64,000 nt of DNA from NCBI RefSeq assembly GCF_006345805.1, contig NC_043005.1:100998001-101062000 (forward strand), written 5' to 3'. The notes under the pieces were generated by a model, which saw only the letters and a list, made by a program, of their open reading frames with translations, did not search any database and was not told where the DNA came from. Shown here one piece after another: positions 12,861-25,423 of the stretch (positions are counted from its first letter, which is position 1; each line of letters starts with the position of its first letter). A program made the position numbers and the translations under genes. The stretch comes from Octopus sinensis (lineage: Eukaryota).

Positions 12861-13179
12861 GTGGAGTCACATGGCCTAGTGGTTAGAACAGCGGACTTGC
12901 GGTCAAGGGATCGTGGGTTCGAATCTCAGACCGGGTGATATGTGTGTTTATGAGCGAAACACCTAAGCTCCACATGGCTCCGGCAGAAGGTAATAGCGAA
13001 CTTCTGCTGACTCTTTCGCCACAACTTTCTCTCACTCTTTCCTCCTGCATCCTGCAGCTCACCTGCGATGGACCAGCATCCTCTCCAGGTGGGGAACCTA
13101 TACGCCAAGGAAACTGGGAAACCGGCCCTTATGGGCCAGTCATGGCTCGAGAAGGAATAAACAAAACAAAACAAACAAT
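12861..13179 (+). mobile_element. SINE family C (gtggaggcgca-type tRNA head)
   Basis: A/B-box-like tggcctagtggttag...ggttcgaatc; TSD aggtctacat at 12851-12860 and 13180-13189. Confidence 0.9.
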
Positions 13180-13374
13180 AGGTCTACATAATTGAAACAG
13201 ACCTATGTAGACATATGTCAACATAATTAAGACAGACAATAATTAGCAACAATGGTCATTAATACTATCATACCTTATATAATTTAATTCTAGACACATT
13301 AAGTCTGAATAAAGTAGAAAGTCAGAGCTGGAGCAGGGTTGAATGGAACTACACAACATCCTAATATTTTGTTT

Positions 13375-13550
13375 TTGGACTTGGTTTGCAAGATTCTTTA
13401 TATGAGTTCGTGTGTTGAAGCATATTCTGTTGTGTCTGGGGAGAGTCATTTTCTTTTTGTTCCTTATTATGGAACACACTCACCAGTAAAATTTCCACTT
13501 TTTTTCTTATTTTTATTTTCCTATAAATTTTGTTGCGTCTTGCTACCTTT
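13375..13550 (-). mobile_element. Single-arm homolog of the 4385-4569 repeat (putative PLE terminal region)
   Basis: Near-identical to 4385-4560; minus frame reads MTLPRHNRICFNTRTHIKNLANQVQKQNIR; PLE assignment is inference. Confidence 0.6.
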
Positions 13551-13612
13551 TCAAAAGTTGTTCAATAAATATCAACATGTTTTCCCAGCTTTATGACAAT
13601 GCTACGATATAG

Positions 13613-14005
13613 TTACTCTTTTACTTGTGTCAGTCATTTGACTGCGGCCATGCTGGAGCACCGCCTTTTAGTTGAGTAAATCGACCCCAGGACTTATTCT
13701 TTGTAAGCCTAGTACTTATTCTATAGGTCTCTTTTGCCAAACTGCTAAGTTACGGGGACGTAAACACACCACCATCGGTTGTGGGGGCAAACACAGACAG
13801 ACAAACATACACACACACACACACACACATATATACATATATACGACGGGCTTCTTTCAGTTTCCGTCTATCAAATCCACTCACAAGGCTTTGGTCAGCC
13901 CGAGGCTATAGCTGAAGACACTTGCCCAAGGTGCCACATAGTGGGAATGAACCTGGAACCATGTGGTTGGTAAGCAAGCTACTTACCACACAGCCACTCC
14001 TGCGC
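13613..14005 (-). mobile_element. SINE family B
   Basis: Full-length homolog. Confidence 0.9.
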
Positions 14006-14391
14006 CATATATTGTGTTTTGTGTTTATAGTTATTGTGTTTTCTTTTATAAAGATCTATAACTATTATATAGTGACTATGTTTCCTATTATGATAAAGAC
14101 AAATCTATTAATATAATGTAATCGCTGTGTTTCATTGTCACAACCACAGCTCTATGATATAGATTCTAGATTTTCTCTTGCAAAGACAAATCTAAGATAT
14201 AGCTTTTATATACCCTCTCATCATAAAGACATATGGGTGCTACGTTTTCTCTCATAAGGACAGATCTATGCCATAGGTACTGTGTTTACTCACATAGAGT
14301 GAAATCATTGATATAGTTACTATGTTTTCTCTTATTATAATGATAGATCTGTGATCTAAAGATAGATCTATGCTGTGTTTTGCCTTAAAGA

Positions 14392-14620
14392 CACTCTTTT
14401 ACTCTTTTACTTGTTTCAGTCATTTGACTGTGGCCAAGCTGGAGCACTGCCTTTTAGTCGAGCAAATCGACCCCAGGACTTATTCTTTGTAGGCCTAGTA
14501 CTTACTCTATCGGCCTCTTTTGCTGAACTGCTAAGTTACAGGGACGTAAACACACCAGCATCGGTTGTCAAGTGATGTTGGGGAGACAAACACAGATACA
14601 CAAACATATACACACACACG

Positions 14621-14653
<33 letters not shown>

Positions 14654-14812
14654 GATGAGCTTCTTTCAGTTTCCATCTATCAAATCCACTCACAAGGCTT
14701 TGGTCGGCCTAAGGCTATAGTTAGTAGAAGACACTTACCCAAGGTGCCACACAGTGGAACTGAACCCAGAACTATGTGGTTCGTAAGCAAGATAATTAAC
14801 ACACAGCCACTC
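14392..14812 (-). mobile_element. SINE family B
   Basis: Full-length homolog. Confidence 0.9.
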
Positions 14813-15121
14813 CATTCTTACAAAGACAGTCCTATGACATAATTACTGTTTTCTCTTAGATAAACTGTTCTATAATATAAGTTTTGTGTAACCTCTCAGA
14901 CCTTATAATTTAATTGCTACATTTTAGTTGGCAAGCTGGCAGAATCGTTAGCACATCAGGCAAAATGCTTAGCAGCATTTCATCCATCTTTACTTTCTGA
15001 GTTCAAATCCCACCAGGGTTTGGGGGCTGAAGAAATAAGAGCCAGTTGAGTACTGGGGCTGATGAAGTTCACTTACTCCCTCCCAAAATTGATGGCCTTA
15101 TGCCAAAATATGATACAATTA

Positions 15122-15765
15122 TATATTTCTTTATTGCCTACAGGAGGCTAAACACAGAGGGGACAAACAAGGAGAGACAAAGGGATTAAGTCGATTACAT
15201 CAACCCCAGTGCATAACTGGTACTTATTTAATCGATCCCGAGAGGATGAAAAGCAAAGTAGACCTCGGCGGAACATGAACTCAGAACGTAACAGCAGACG
15301 AAATACCTATTTCTTTACTACCCACAAGGGGCTAAACACAGAGAAGACAAACAAGGACAGACAAACGGATTAAGTCGATTACATCGACCCCAGTGCATGA
15401 CTGGTACTTAATTTATCGACCCCGAAAGGATGAAAGGCAAAGTTGACCTTGGCGGAACGTGAATTCAGAACGTAACAGCAGATAAAATACCTATTTCTTT
15501 ACTACCCACAAGGGGCTAAACACAGAGGGGACAAACAAGGACAGACATAGGTATTAAGTCGATTACATCGACCCCAGTGTGTAACTGGTACTTAATTTAT
15601 CGACCCTGAAAGGATGAAAGGTAAAGTCGACCTCGGCAGAATTTGAACTCAGAACGTAGCGGCAGACGAAATACCGCTCAGCATTTCGTCCGGCACGCTA
15701 ACGTTTCTGCCATCGCTAAGCATTTCACCCGGTGTACTAATGATTCTGCCAGCTCGCTGCCATAG
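15122..15765 (-). mobile_element. SINE family A tandem trimer (184-bp period) plus head
   Basis: Unit starts at 15124, 15308 and 15492. Confidence 0.9.
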
Positions 15766-16016
15766 TTACATTTTCTTTCATCACAAAGACTTATTTATGA
15801 TGTAAGTGCTTCATTTGGTTTCATAAGACAGAGCTAATCAATAATATAGGAGGTATATGTTCTCTCTCATAAAGACAAACAGGTCTATAATATAGCTGCT
15901 ATAGGTTTTTCTCACCATAAAGACAGATCTATGATATAGGTTTTCTCTCACAAAGGCAGTTCTGTGATATAAGTGTTATGTTTCCACCCGTAAATATATG
16001 ATTTATATATCATATA

Positions 16017-16455
16017 AATATATTATATGAAATTATAAGGCGGTGAGCTGGCAGAAGTGTTAGCGCGCCAGGTGAAATACTTAGCGGTATTTCCTCTGCC
16101 ATTACGTTCTGAGTTCAAATTCCGCTGAGGTCAATTTTGCCTTTCATTCTTTCAGGGTCGATAAATAAAGTACCAGTTACGCACTGGGGTCGATATAATC
16201 GACTTAATCTCTTTGTCTGTCCTTGTTTGTCCTCTCTGTGTTTAGCCCCTTGTGGGTAGTAAAGAAATAGGTATTTTGTCTGCCGCTACGTTCTGAGTTC
16301 AAATTCTGCCAAGGCTGACTTTGCCTTTCATCCTTTCGGGGTCGATAAATAAAGTACCAGTTACGCACTGGAGTAGATATAATCGACTTAATCTCTTTGT
16401 CTGTCCTTGTTTGTCCTCTCTGTGTTTAGCCCCTTGTGGGCAATAAAGAAATAAA
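16017..16455 (+). mobile_element. SINE family A tandem dimer
   Basis: Head ggcggtgagctggcagaa; aaagaaata tails at 16261 and 16445 (184 apart). Confidence 0.9.
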
Positions 16456-18124
16456 TATATGATAGAGCTTCTCTAAATTTCTACAACATTTTGCCATTCT
16501 TAGCTTACTGTATTTAGCAAGGTGTTGCGGTACAATAGTTAGTTATTGATAAATCATATTAATGGCTTGGTACCAAAAACTATTCAACTTGTAATATAAG
16601 AATGCTGCCCTAATCTAGCAGTCTTATGAATAAAAGACCTCCAGCTCTGGCCATCTACTTTGTTTCCTTCTTTAGACACAGCATATGAAGGACTAAACTA
16701 TATAACATGTACTTTCCTTTTTTAAAATGTATATGGTGTAGCTTAGAGATTTGGTTGCCACTTCTAGCAGGCTGAGAACTCCACAAAGAAGCCTTTCTAG
16801 TTGCTTCTAGCTTGTTTATTTGTAATTTCTCGTCAATCTAACTCCCATGAAACATTGTTGTGAGGACATATGTTTAGTTTGAGATTTCCACAACTTTATA
16901 GGGTTTAAAGATGGTTATTGGTCTAATCTGAGGAAAAAAAAAACCATAGCATATTCTATAAGAATCAATTGGCTATAATCCATACCCAAATAATTATTGA
17001 GCCAAGAAATCATCATAAACTATTGCCATTGTCATCAACACCATCACTGACAGTCGTTTCACCTATAATCGTTAGTGCTAGCAACGAACTGTATTTATCA
17101 CCCAAATAAAATGATAGTTATTTCTTCTGTAGCCATTCTTGTGTGCTGAGTTATTAAAATTAATTCAAACAAATATAGCATGCGAAACAAAACACGACTA
17201 CGTTGCTCTTTTAATAATGGCAACAACGTTCATGATATCAGCAGTAAAACAAAACAATATCAGAAATGATAGAAAACAAATGTAACAACAATGGGAAAAT
17301 TAGTAAATCAAAAATATTTCCTTGTAGCTTTATTGAATGGTTCTTAAAATTTAATTGAGATATCAACAATCATGAAGATACAAAATTTGCTTAATCTAAA
17401 AACAGAATCAAGATTTTCTACATCTAGATTCCTTGTCTTGAAACTACCACTGATTTTAATGGGAAGAATTATATGAAAAGATGAAATTAAAATAAAATAG
17501 AGTAAAGTTATCTGAAGAAACAATAGAAATTAAAATACAAAAAGAAAAAAAGCAAATTAAAAGAATATATAATTATAATAGAAAAAATTGTAGTCCAGTA
17601 ACCTTTACAATAATTGAAAAGTGGAATTTTATTTCCCTATTTTATTATAGCTATTAGAGACAAGTAGAAGGGGAAAAAACTCAAGTTCTATTTCATATAA
17701 TTTCATTTTAATTTAATTTATTATTTTTATTATCTTTAATATGGCAACGACTTAATGTTTCGTATATATTTTTGTGGCTATTTTTTTGTTATTGCCAAAA
17801 ATGCTCTGGAAATGTTTAATATTGTTGGTTGTGATTAATATATTTTAATTTAGCCCATAAAGATTATAGCTTAACGAAGGAGAGAAACTGAATGAGAACA
17901 GAAAAAGTTTATATTAAAAATAACAACAACAACAATAATAATAATAATGACATGGCAACAACTGTTAAACTGTTCAAATACACATGAAACTGTGGGTCAT
18001 TTCAATATTTAGAAATTTCAACACAGAAGATTCATTCATAAATGTAACAGGATCCATTTTTAAGTAACTGAAATGAGATCCATAAGAAACAAAACCCATT
18101 GAAGAGTTTAATAGGACCCAAACT

Positions 18125-18458
18125 GAGAAACTCCATCGATTACAACGATCAGGTTCCAGCTGACCCCGTCAAAGGAACAGCCTGCTCATGAAAATAATAC
18201 ACAAGTGGCTGAGCACTCCACAGACATGCATTCCCTTAATGTAGGTCCCAGGGAGATTCAGTGTGGCACAGAATGTGACAAGGCTTGACCTTTGAGATAC
18301 AGTACTTTTCATTTTTGCCAATTGAGTGGACTGGAGCAACATGAAATAAAGTGTCTTGCTCAAGGACACAGCACACCACCAGGAATTGAACTCATTGAAC
18401 ACACAGCCTTAAGATTATGAGCTGAAGACACTAACCCCTAAGCCATGTGCTTTCACAT
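18125..18458 (-). mobile_element. SINE family F
   Basis: Homologous to 3634-3962. Confidence 0.8.
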
Positions 18459-18624
18459 AGGACCCATTCATAAGTTTAATAGGATTCATCCACAAAAACA
18501 ATAGAATCCATTTATAACTTACTTGTACTTGTGACGGCGTTTACCCAGGGTGGGTTGAGCCAGCTTCTTCTCTGGTCCTAACAGCATCACGAACCATGGC
18601 AGTCCACGCTCGACGGTCCCGTAT

Positions 18625-18830
18625 CTGTATTTCTGTGTGTGTGCGTCTGTGAGTGTGTATATGTTCATGTTTATGTGTGTGTGTGTTTGTGTTTATATAT
18701 GTTTTGTGTCTTTTGTGTGCTTGAGTTTATATTTTGGTACACGTGTGTGTGAATGTATGTGTTTGTGTGTGTGTGAGCATGTATGTGTATTGAGAGAGAG
18801 AGAGACAGAGAGAGAGAGAGAGACATAGAG
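18625..18830. repeat. (TG)n/(GA)n compound microsatellite
   Basis: Direct reading. Confidence 0.9.
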
Positions 18831-19619
18831 AGCTGGCGAAACGTTTGTGTGTGTGTCTTTCTCTCTCTGTAGTGGCAAGGAAGCAGAATTGTTGCCATGC
18901 CAGGTGAAATGCTTGGCAGTATTTTGTGTCAGTCCTTACGTTCTGAAACCAGTGTCGGTTTGTTTACATCCTCATAATTTGCCGGTTTGGCAAAAAGAGA
19001 CTTAAAGAATAAGTACCAGACTATAGGAGAAAATAAGTACTAGAGTTGATTTGTTTGACTAAATGCTTCAAGGCTGCAACATGGCCACAGTTCAATGAGT
19101 AGAGGAAGTAGATGATAAAAGATAGAAATTAAATACTGGGGTTGATTTGTTTGACAAGAGAGAGAGAAAGAGAGAAAGAGAGGGGGGAGAGAGAGAGAGG
19201 GAGGGAGAGAGCTACAAACATTCAACTTAGACATCAACTACTTCAATGTCATTAGCTTTGCATGTTACCTGTTGATTGACAGTGGCTTACAGCTAATTCT
19301 ACCTCAAAAACATACATCTGTCCCCTATGCTATAGATCTATCTATTATTCTCCTCCCACCCATCTTCCTCCTTATTTGCTTTTTGTTGCTCAGTCTTCCT
19401 TGTCAACACCCTAGAAATAGTTATTCTGTATCTTAACACTAACAACTTTCTCTCTGTCTCCTAACTTATGTTTTCTGAAGAAAAACAAAGAAACATGAAT
19501 TGCCTCCACATTATACTTATTGCTCAACTAATTAGTCACGGGCTATTTCATGCTGCCAATTTCTAAAAAGAATGAAATAGTGTAATACATGATTACAACC
19601 AACTAAAAATTTTAAGAAC

Positions 19620-20930
19620 TTTGTAATAAGCAAACAAAAAAAATTTGAATTTTATGCATCTTTTTCTTTCAAACCCTGTAATTTCAAATTCAAATTTCCA
19701 ATCCCACCAAATATCATGAAGAAATTATCTTTCTTGCATTATAATTACAATCAGTAGGGGAACAAGGTGAGTTCAAAAACAAGATTTGGTTTTTACTGCC
19801 ATCTCCCTAATTCATTACTGGTCCTTATGAAGTCAATCAAATTCTTTGAGCTATATGAATGGTCAATGGTGATCAGCTGACCAGCTGGTATTCGGAAGCT
19901 TGCCTTGCAAAGGGCTGAATCATTTACCCCCTGCCATTCATAACTCCAGAATCATTGATTTCACTTCATTTCGAATATCAAATAAACCTTTTCTACATTA
20001 TCACATCATTTTCATTAATTCTGGAAAAGTAACAACATATACAATGTTCTCATCCAACCTTAACATCAGGTAAGATTAAATGGTCAACCTTTCTGATAAT
20101 CCATTAACTCTTTGTGTATCCCCAGACGATATCATAAATGCTATCATGCTACTTGTTACTAAGCTGCCTCAATCCCCCTTTGTACCTTTGTACCTATACA
20201 ACCCATCCTACTCCCTCCATGAGCAACCTCGTTGGAATTCTCTGTCTTACATCTTGCACATACGTCAATCAATTGATCTCAACTAACAGCCATAGTAGTA
20301 AACCTGAAATTAAACAGCTGGAAGCAAACTGTCAGAGCACCTACTTTTAATGAGATGGTTTAACGATGGTCAAGGTTTTATAATTATGCATGTTGCACAG
20401 CATAATTAAATTGGCTGGAGCTTTATCACAGAATGCAGAATTAACAGTGGGTATTTACCAGGTTACCAACACTAAAATCTCTGCCCATTTTCAGTTTTAA
20501 TTCCCATCTATTGTTCTAGACAGGATACTTTCAATTCAACAGAGTACGTTTATCAAACCAGTATAATCTCAAGCTCAAATTCATGGACTCCACATCAGAC
20601 TATGGTTGGTGGACAGAAGATGCTGAGGCCTTCATCCCACAATGGACTGAACATAGGCAATCCAATCCAATCACAAAAGCAACATTAGTGACATTTAACT
20701 TACTAGTGAGGAGATAGAGGAAGACCACAGGAACAAAGATTTCCAACATATTAGAGGTACCATTATATTTATTCCAAACACAATGGAAAGTCAACAAAGT
20801 TTTAGTAGAATTAGAACTTGGAAAGTGTAAATTCCAGACAGAATGGGTCCAGGTGGTCCTGCAAGCTGATCTAGGTATATACACACCATTTGTCAACAAA
20901 CAAGATGTATTCTCTGTGATAAAGCGCAGT
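19620..20930 (+). mobile_element. Heavily decayed Ty3/Gypsy pol (RNase H, integrase zinc finger and core)
   Basis: Frame-hopping peptides GPYEVNQIL..MVNGDQ, TSGKIKWSTFL, VGIYQVTNTKISAHFQF*FPSI, PQWTE..PITKATLVTFNLL, TEWVQVVLQADLG fall in the order of Gypsy pol motifs (recalled, not aligned). Confidence 0.55.
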
Positions 20931-21449
20931 GAGTAGCTAGTTTCCTAGTTCAAATGTGCCTCAAGCATTATTGGAATGATAATAATATTTTGAAAAAGAA
21001 TGATCCAGTTAAATATTTCACTGGGTCAGCCATCACTATCACCTGAACAGAATTTCATGTTGGAAAACCTTATTTTGAAACAATGATGTGCAATAAAAAG
21101 TTGACATTCAGTTTATTTCTGGCAGGTATGTGCAAAATAATTAAGGAAGCTGGAACTGGAAACTGATATCCAAAGTACCAAAAAAATAAAACCTCACCAG
21201 AATCTTCAGTTCTATCTCTTTGGAAACATCTGTTTGGTATAAAATTATTGGATTGAGTCTTTAGAAAAAATGAGGATTACTGCTGAATCAATAATGGTTT
21301 GAGATTAAATTGAATGATAGCAATTTTCAGAAAAACAAATACCAGTTAAACTAATGACAATAAAGATCAGAAAACAATTACAAAGATAGTGTTTGATCAA
21401 GCTGAGAGCCAATAGAGGTGAGGATATTTGATGACACATCATTCATTGA

Positions 21450-21669
21450 CCCTTTTGATACCAATCTGCCTGAAACTGCCTTTGGCTCTTGAGTACAAAT
21501 GTCTTGCTTTCAAAAGTTCTGAATAAAAATCTTCCACCAAACCTTAGTCACAATTTATGTTCCTAACTAGCTTAATGATAACTAAGTTATTTTACTAAAT
21601 TCTTTGTTATATTTAAAATTAATTGAAAGGAACACAGAGCATCTCAATAGAAATATGGTAACAAAAGGG
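21450..21669. mobile_element. piggyBac-like MITE (second family)
   Basis: cccttttgatacc...ggtaacaaaaggg termini next to TTGA/TTAA. Confidence 0.55.
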
Positions 21670-21697
21670 TTTAACAGTCTTCTTAATAACTTGTGCT

Positions 21698-22053
21698 TAT
21701 TACCGCCACCTTCGCAAGAGCGGACGTATTTCTTTTCGGTCAAGTTTTTTTGTTCGTCCATGGACAAGATATCTCAAGAACCATTGGATAGATTTGGATG
21801 AAACTTTCAGGGATGTCTGGCACAAACTGATTAGATTTTGGGATTGATTAGGTACTGGACAAGGATTTTGGATTATTTTTCTGGTTTTCTTACTTAATTT
21901 TTGAGAGCGGTCAGGTCCATTTTTAGTATTCTCATTTGTGAGAGCAATCAAGTTTATTTCAGATATTCTCATTTTAAAAATCCTCCAGGCTAATCATTGA
22001 GGGGACGTTGGCATTGCCTTGGCAGAGGTTTGCACTCTCTGAGAGCTCTTGTT
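21698..22053 (+). mobile_element. Helentron-type non-autonomous element (HINE/DINE-1-like)
   Basis: 5' subTIR accttcgcaag, 3' subTIR ccttggcagaggt, then short hairpin gcactctctgagagc and a TT end. Confidence 0.65.
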
Positions 22054-22094
22054 ATCAATTAGTTTCTCCTTCTTCTTCCCTAATATTCAAAGAT

Positions 22095-22490
22095 AAAACG
22101 TGTTATTGCTTTTACTTGATTCGTGCTGGGACATCCCCTTAAAGGATTTAGCCAATCAAATAAATCTCACAGTTAAGTAGTCTGATGTTTATTCCATCCT
22201 ATTTTTGCTAAGCTACTAAATTTGAGGGACATAAGCAACACCAGTTGTCAGGCAATGATGCACAACACAGTTTCTCTCTCACAAACACACACACACACAC
22301 AAGCATGCAAACACACACACACACACACACACACAAGACAGGGTTTTGCAGTGATTTTTGTCTACCAAATTCACATACAATGCATCCGTTAGGGTTATAA
22401 CAGAAGACTGTAGATCAGAGTACTATGCTGTAGGATTGAACCCAAAACCATGTTGTAATAAAGCAAACTTCATACCTCACAGCCATGCTG
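22095..22490 (-). mobile_element. SINE family B, diverged
   Basis: Same architecture with internal (CA)n. Confidence 0.7.
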
Positions 22491-22879
22491 CTTAAAATTA
22501 TGTTTTCTTAAATTGTCATTTTATTCCATGTTTATATAATAAATAATTTCTACAAAGACTTTAATGTATATGTCAAGAATTTTTTATTTATTTTGCAAAG
22601 GATATGACAATCTGAAGAGTAGCAACAGTTTAGATCAAATGAGATAGCTCTGCCTAAATAAACCTTATTCCTAGCTTTAACAAATTTGGATATTCCTAAA
22701 TGATGCCATTGCCTAAGTGAACCAAACTGTAAACAGTGTCTGTAGCTAGGCAAATAGGTTTGTAGTTTATTATTGATTTTGAAATAAGTGTGATGCTGTA
22801 CTTACATTTTGTCTTTTAGTAAGGAGAAAACAGAATCTTTGCTCTTTTACAAGACCGACACTGGTAGGAAAAAGGAATG

Positions 22880-23230
22880 TATCATCGTCATCGTTTACCA
22901 TCCGCTTTCCCTGCTAGCATGGGTTGGATGATTTTGACTGAGGACTGGCGAACCAGTTGGCTGCACCAGGCTTCAATCTTGATCTGGCAGAGTTTCTATA
23001 GCTGGATGCCATTCCTAACGCCAACCACTCCAAGAGTGTAGTGGGTGCTTTTACGTGCCATTGGCACGGGACCCGTCAGGTGGCACTGGCAACGACCTTG
23101 CTCAAATCTTTTACATGTGCCACCGGCACAGGTGCCAGTAAGGCGATGCTGGTAACGATCACGCTCGAATGGTGTCATTTACGTTCCACCGGCAAGGAGG
23201 CCAGATAGCCACTCTGGCAATGATCACGGT
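22880..23230 (-). mobile_element. RTE 3' UTR fragment
   Basis: Homologous to the other RTE UTR copies. Confidence 0.85.
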
Positions 23231-23309
23231 AAACTGGACAAATACCTTGAATGCTTGCAGCAGAGTGGATCCTGTTAATGGCACACAAGGTACCAGGTGG
23301 CAGCATTAA

Positions 23310-23502
23310 CCCTTTAAATTTCATATTATTCTATCAAAAGTAATGTTTTTTTTATTCACATTGTTTTGAATAAATCAGGAATTATCTTGTAGCTATGAGA
23401 TAACTATTAATTTTTAGAATTAGAGTTGGTCTGAGAAGCTAGATCTGGCCGGTTTGAATATAAAACAGGCAGAACATTTTGGCCAATATAAATGCTAAAG
23501 GG
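23310..23502. mobile_element. piggyBac-like MITE
   Basis: TTAA on both sides (23306-23309, 23503-23506); ccctttaa...ctaaaggg. Confidence 0.75.
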
Positions 23503-23579
23503 TTAAAGTGGGTGAGGGATTGTCTATCACCCATGTAGGCCATGGTGGGATTTGAATTCAGAATGCAAAGAACTACAAC

Positions 23580-23900
23580 ATTCTTTTACTCTTTTAATTG
23601 TGGCCATGCTGGAGCACCACCTTTAGTCAAGCAAGTCAACCCCAGGACTTATTCTTTGGAAGTCTAGTACTTATTTTATCAGTCTCTTTTGCTGAACCAC
23701 TAAGTTACAGGGATGTAAACACATCAGCATCGGTTGTCAAGTGATGTTGGGGGGACAAACACAGACACACAAACATATATACACACATACATTTATATAT
23801 ATAAACATATATACGATGGGCTTCTTTCAATTTCCGTCTACCAAATCCACTCACAAGGCTTTGGTCGGCCCGAGGCTATAGTAGCAGACACTTGCCCAAG
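23580..23900 (-). mobile_element. SINE family B lacking its head
   Basis: Homology stops at cttgcccaag. Confidence 0.85.
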
Positions 23901-24051
23901 TTCCAATAATCTACCACTCTGGATTAGTACTTTATCTATTGATCCAAAAAGGATGAAAGTTGATATTGGTGGGATCTGATCTCAGGGTACAGAAAGTTAG
24001 ACTGATGTCTTAAAGAGTCTGCCAATTCCCTACCATTCCTTGTTCTTTGAA

Positions 24052-24268
24052 CCCTTTACCTCAGACCACTCTGTCAAATGGAATCCTTATTTATTCACAT
24101 TGTTTTCAGTTAATCATGCATTATCTTGTAGCCTTGAGATTTTAATGATGTGAAAGTATATTCTTAGAATGACATTGTAGGTTAAGTACAAGAGGTCAGA
24201 TGTGGCGATTTGAACATGGAAGAGGTAGAACACTCGAGCCAGACCTGACTGGTTTATCTGCTAATGGG
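24052..24268. mobile_element. piggyBac-like MITE
   Basis: ccctttac...ctaatggg TTAA; internal homology to 10436 and 23310. Confidence 0.65.
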
Positions 24269-24959
24269 TTAATGCCAGCACATTTCAGCTCCTTTAGATC
24301 ACAATAATGAATATAAAACCTTCAATGAAAATTGCATACCACACTAACGAGGAAGTGATTTTATTTTTTTATCATTCCGCTCATGTGACAGAGGTTAGGG
24401 GAAGCTTCTGGCAGAACCAACCACCATTGTAGTTTAACAAAATGGCATTGTAGCCACAAGATATACACACTTGGTTCTTCTCATGCACACATGTAAATTC
24501 ACTTATCTTCTCCATGAAAAATACAAAAAAACACTTGAAGACATCCTACTTTGGAACAAAAGTAGTTTTTAAACAATTATTTTATTGAAATTTCCAATCC
24601 ATCAATAGCTCCATACTTTTCCAGAACTTTCTCCGACCCACCCTCTCTCTCTCTCTTTCCCTGTCCTATAAACAGTTTCCTCATTAATAAATTACAAGTC
24701 TAAATATAAATTTACCAACAAACACAACTGACCTAATTGAAAAAATGCAGTCTCTCTCAACTCATATATTCCGATGTAGTCGATTCTATTTTCATCATTG
24801 TTGCTAAATCATAACAAAATATTTGGTATCTTAATGGACTAGTCCACCTAGTAGTAAAATGGTTCAAATGAAAAATATGGGTTACTATTATCATCTATTG
24901 TATAATTAAAAATTACATGCTGTACATTCCAGTAAAAAAAAAGAAAAGTTTCTTCCCAA

Positions 24960-25195
24960 ATCACACAGACTCATAAGGCTGGTTTCCCAGTTTCCATGAG
25001 ATGTAAATTCCCCACCTGGATGGGACGCCAGTCCATTGCAGGATTACTCATTTTTGCCAGCTGAGCAGACTGAAGCAATGTGAAATGAAGTGTCTTGCTC
25101 AAGAACACAACGCACTGCCCAGCCCAGGAATCGAGACCACAATCTTACGATCATGAGTCCAACACCCTAACCACTGAGCCATGCGCTTTCACTGC
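24960..25195 (-). mobile_element. SINE family C
   Basis: gtgtcttgctcaagaacacaac CORE-like segment and tRNA-like head. Confidence 0.8.
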
Positions 25196-25423
25196 ATATT
25201 CCAGTAGAAAAGTCAGACTTTTCTGACCAAAATTTACATCCAAAAGAGGTAGATCAACGAAAAAGATCAAGACGACTTTGAAGAAGCGAAAAATTCCATG
25301 TCAAATGTAGCAGAATGTGGAAAGATAGTGACAATCTTTGAATGTTTACACTATTTACGATGTCAGCTTGTATGCTAGAGAAACAGTAGTTATCATATGC
25401 ATCATAGCAAGAATCATCTAATG

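Larger units (their letters stand above)
14030..16010. repeat. Degenerate ~40-bp minisatellite (about actatgttttctctcataaagacagatctatgatatagtt), fragmented by SINEs
   Basis: Units at about 14030-14375, 14815-14925 and 15770-16010. Confidence 0.7.

Noticed and set aside
12861-12935. tRNA genes at SINE heads (also 42210, 46590, 54598)
   Set aside because: A/B-box-like motifs continue into SINE bodies with TSDs; no complete cloverleaf
20600-20899. 99-aa minus-strand ORF as a host exon
   Set aside because: Exact antisense of the near-open plus frame that fits decayed Gypsy integrase better
21197-21228. 32-nt minus-strand exon candidate (xVSKEIELKIL)
   Set aside because: Modest splice signals and no supporting neighbours
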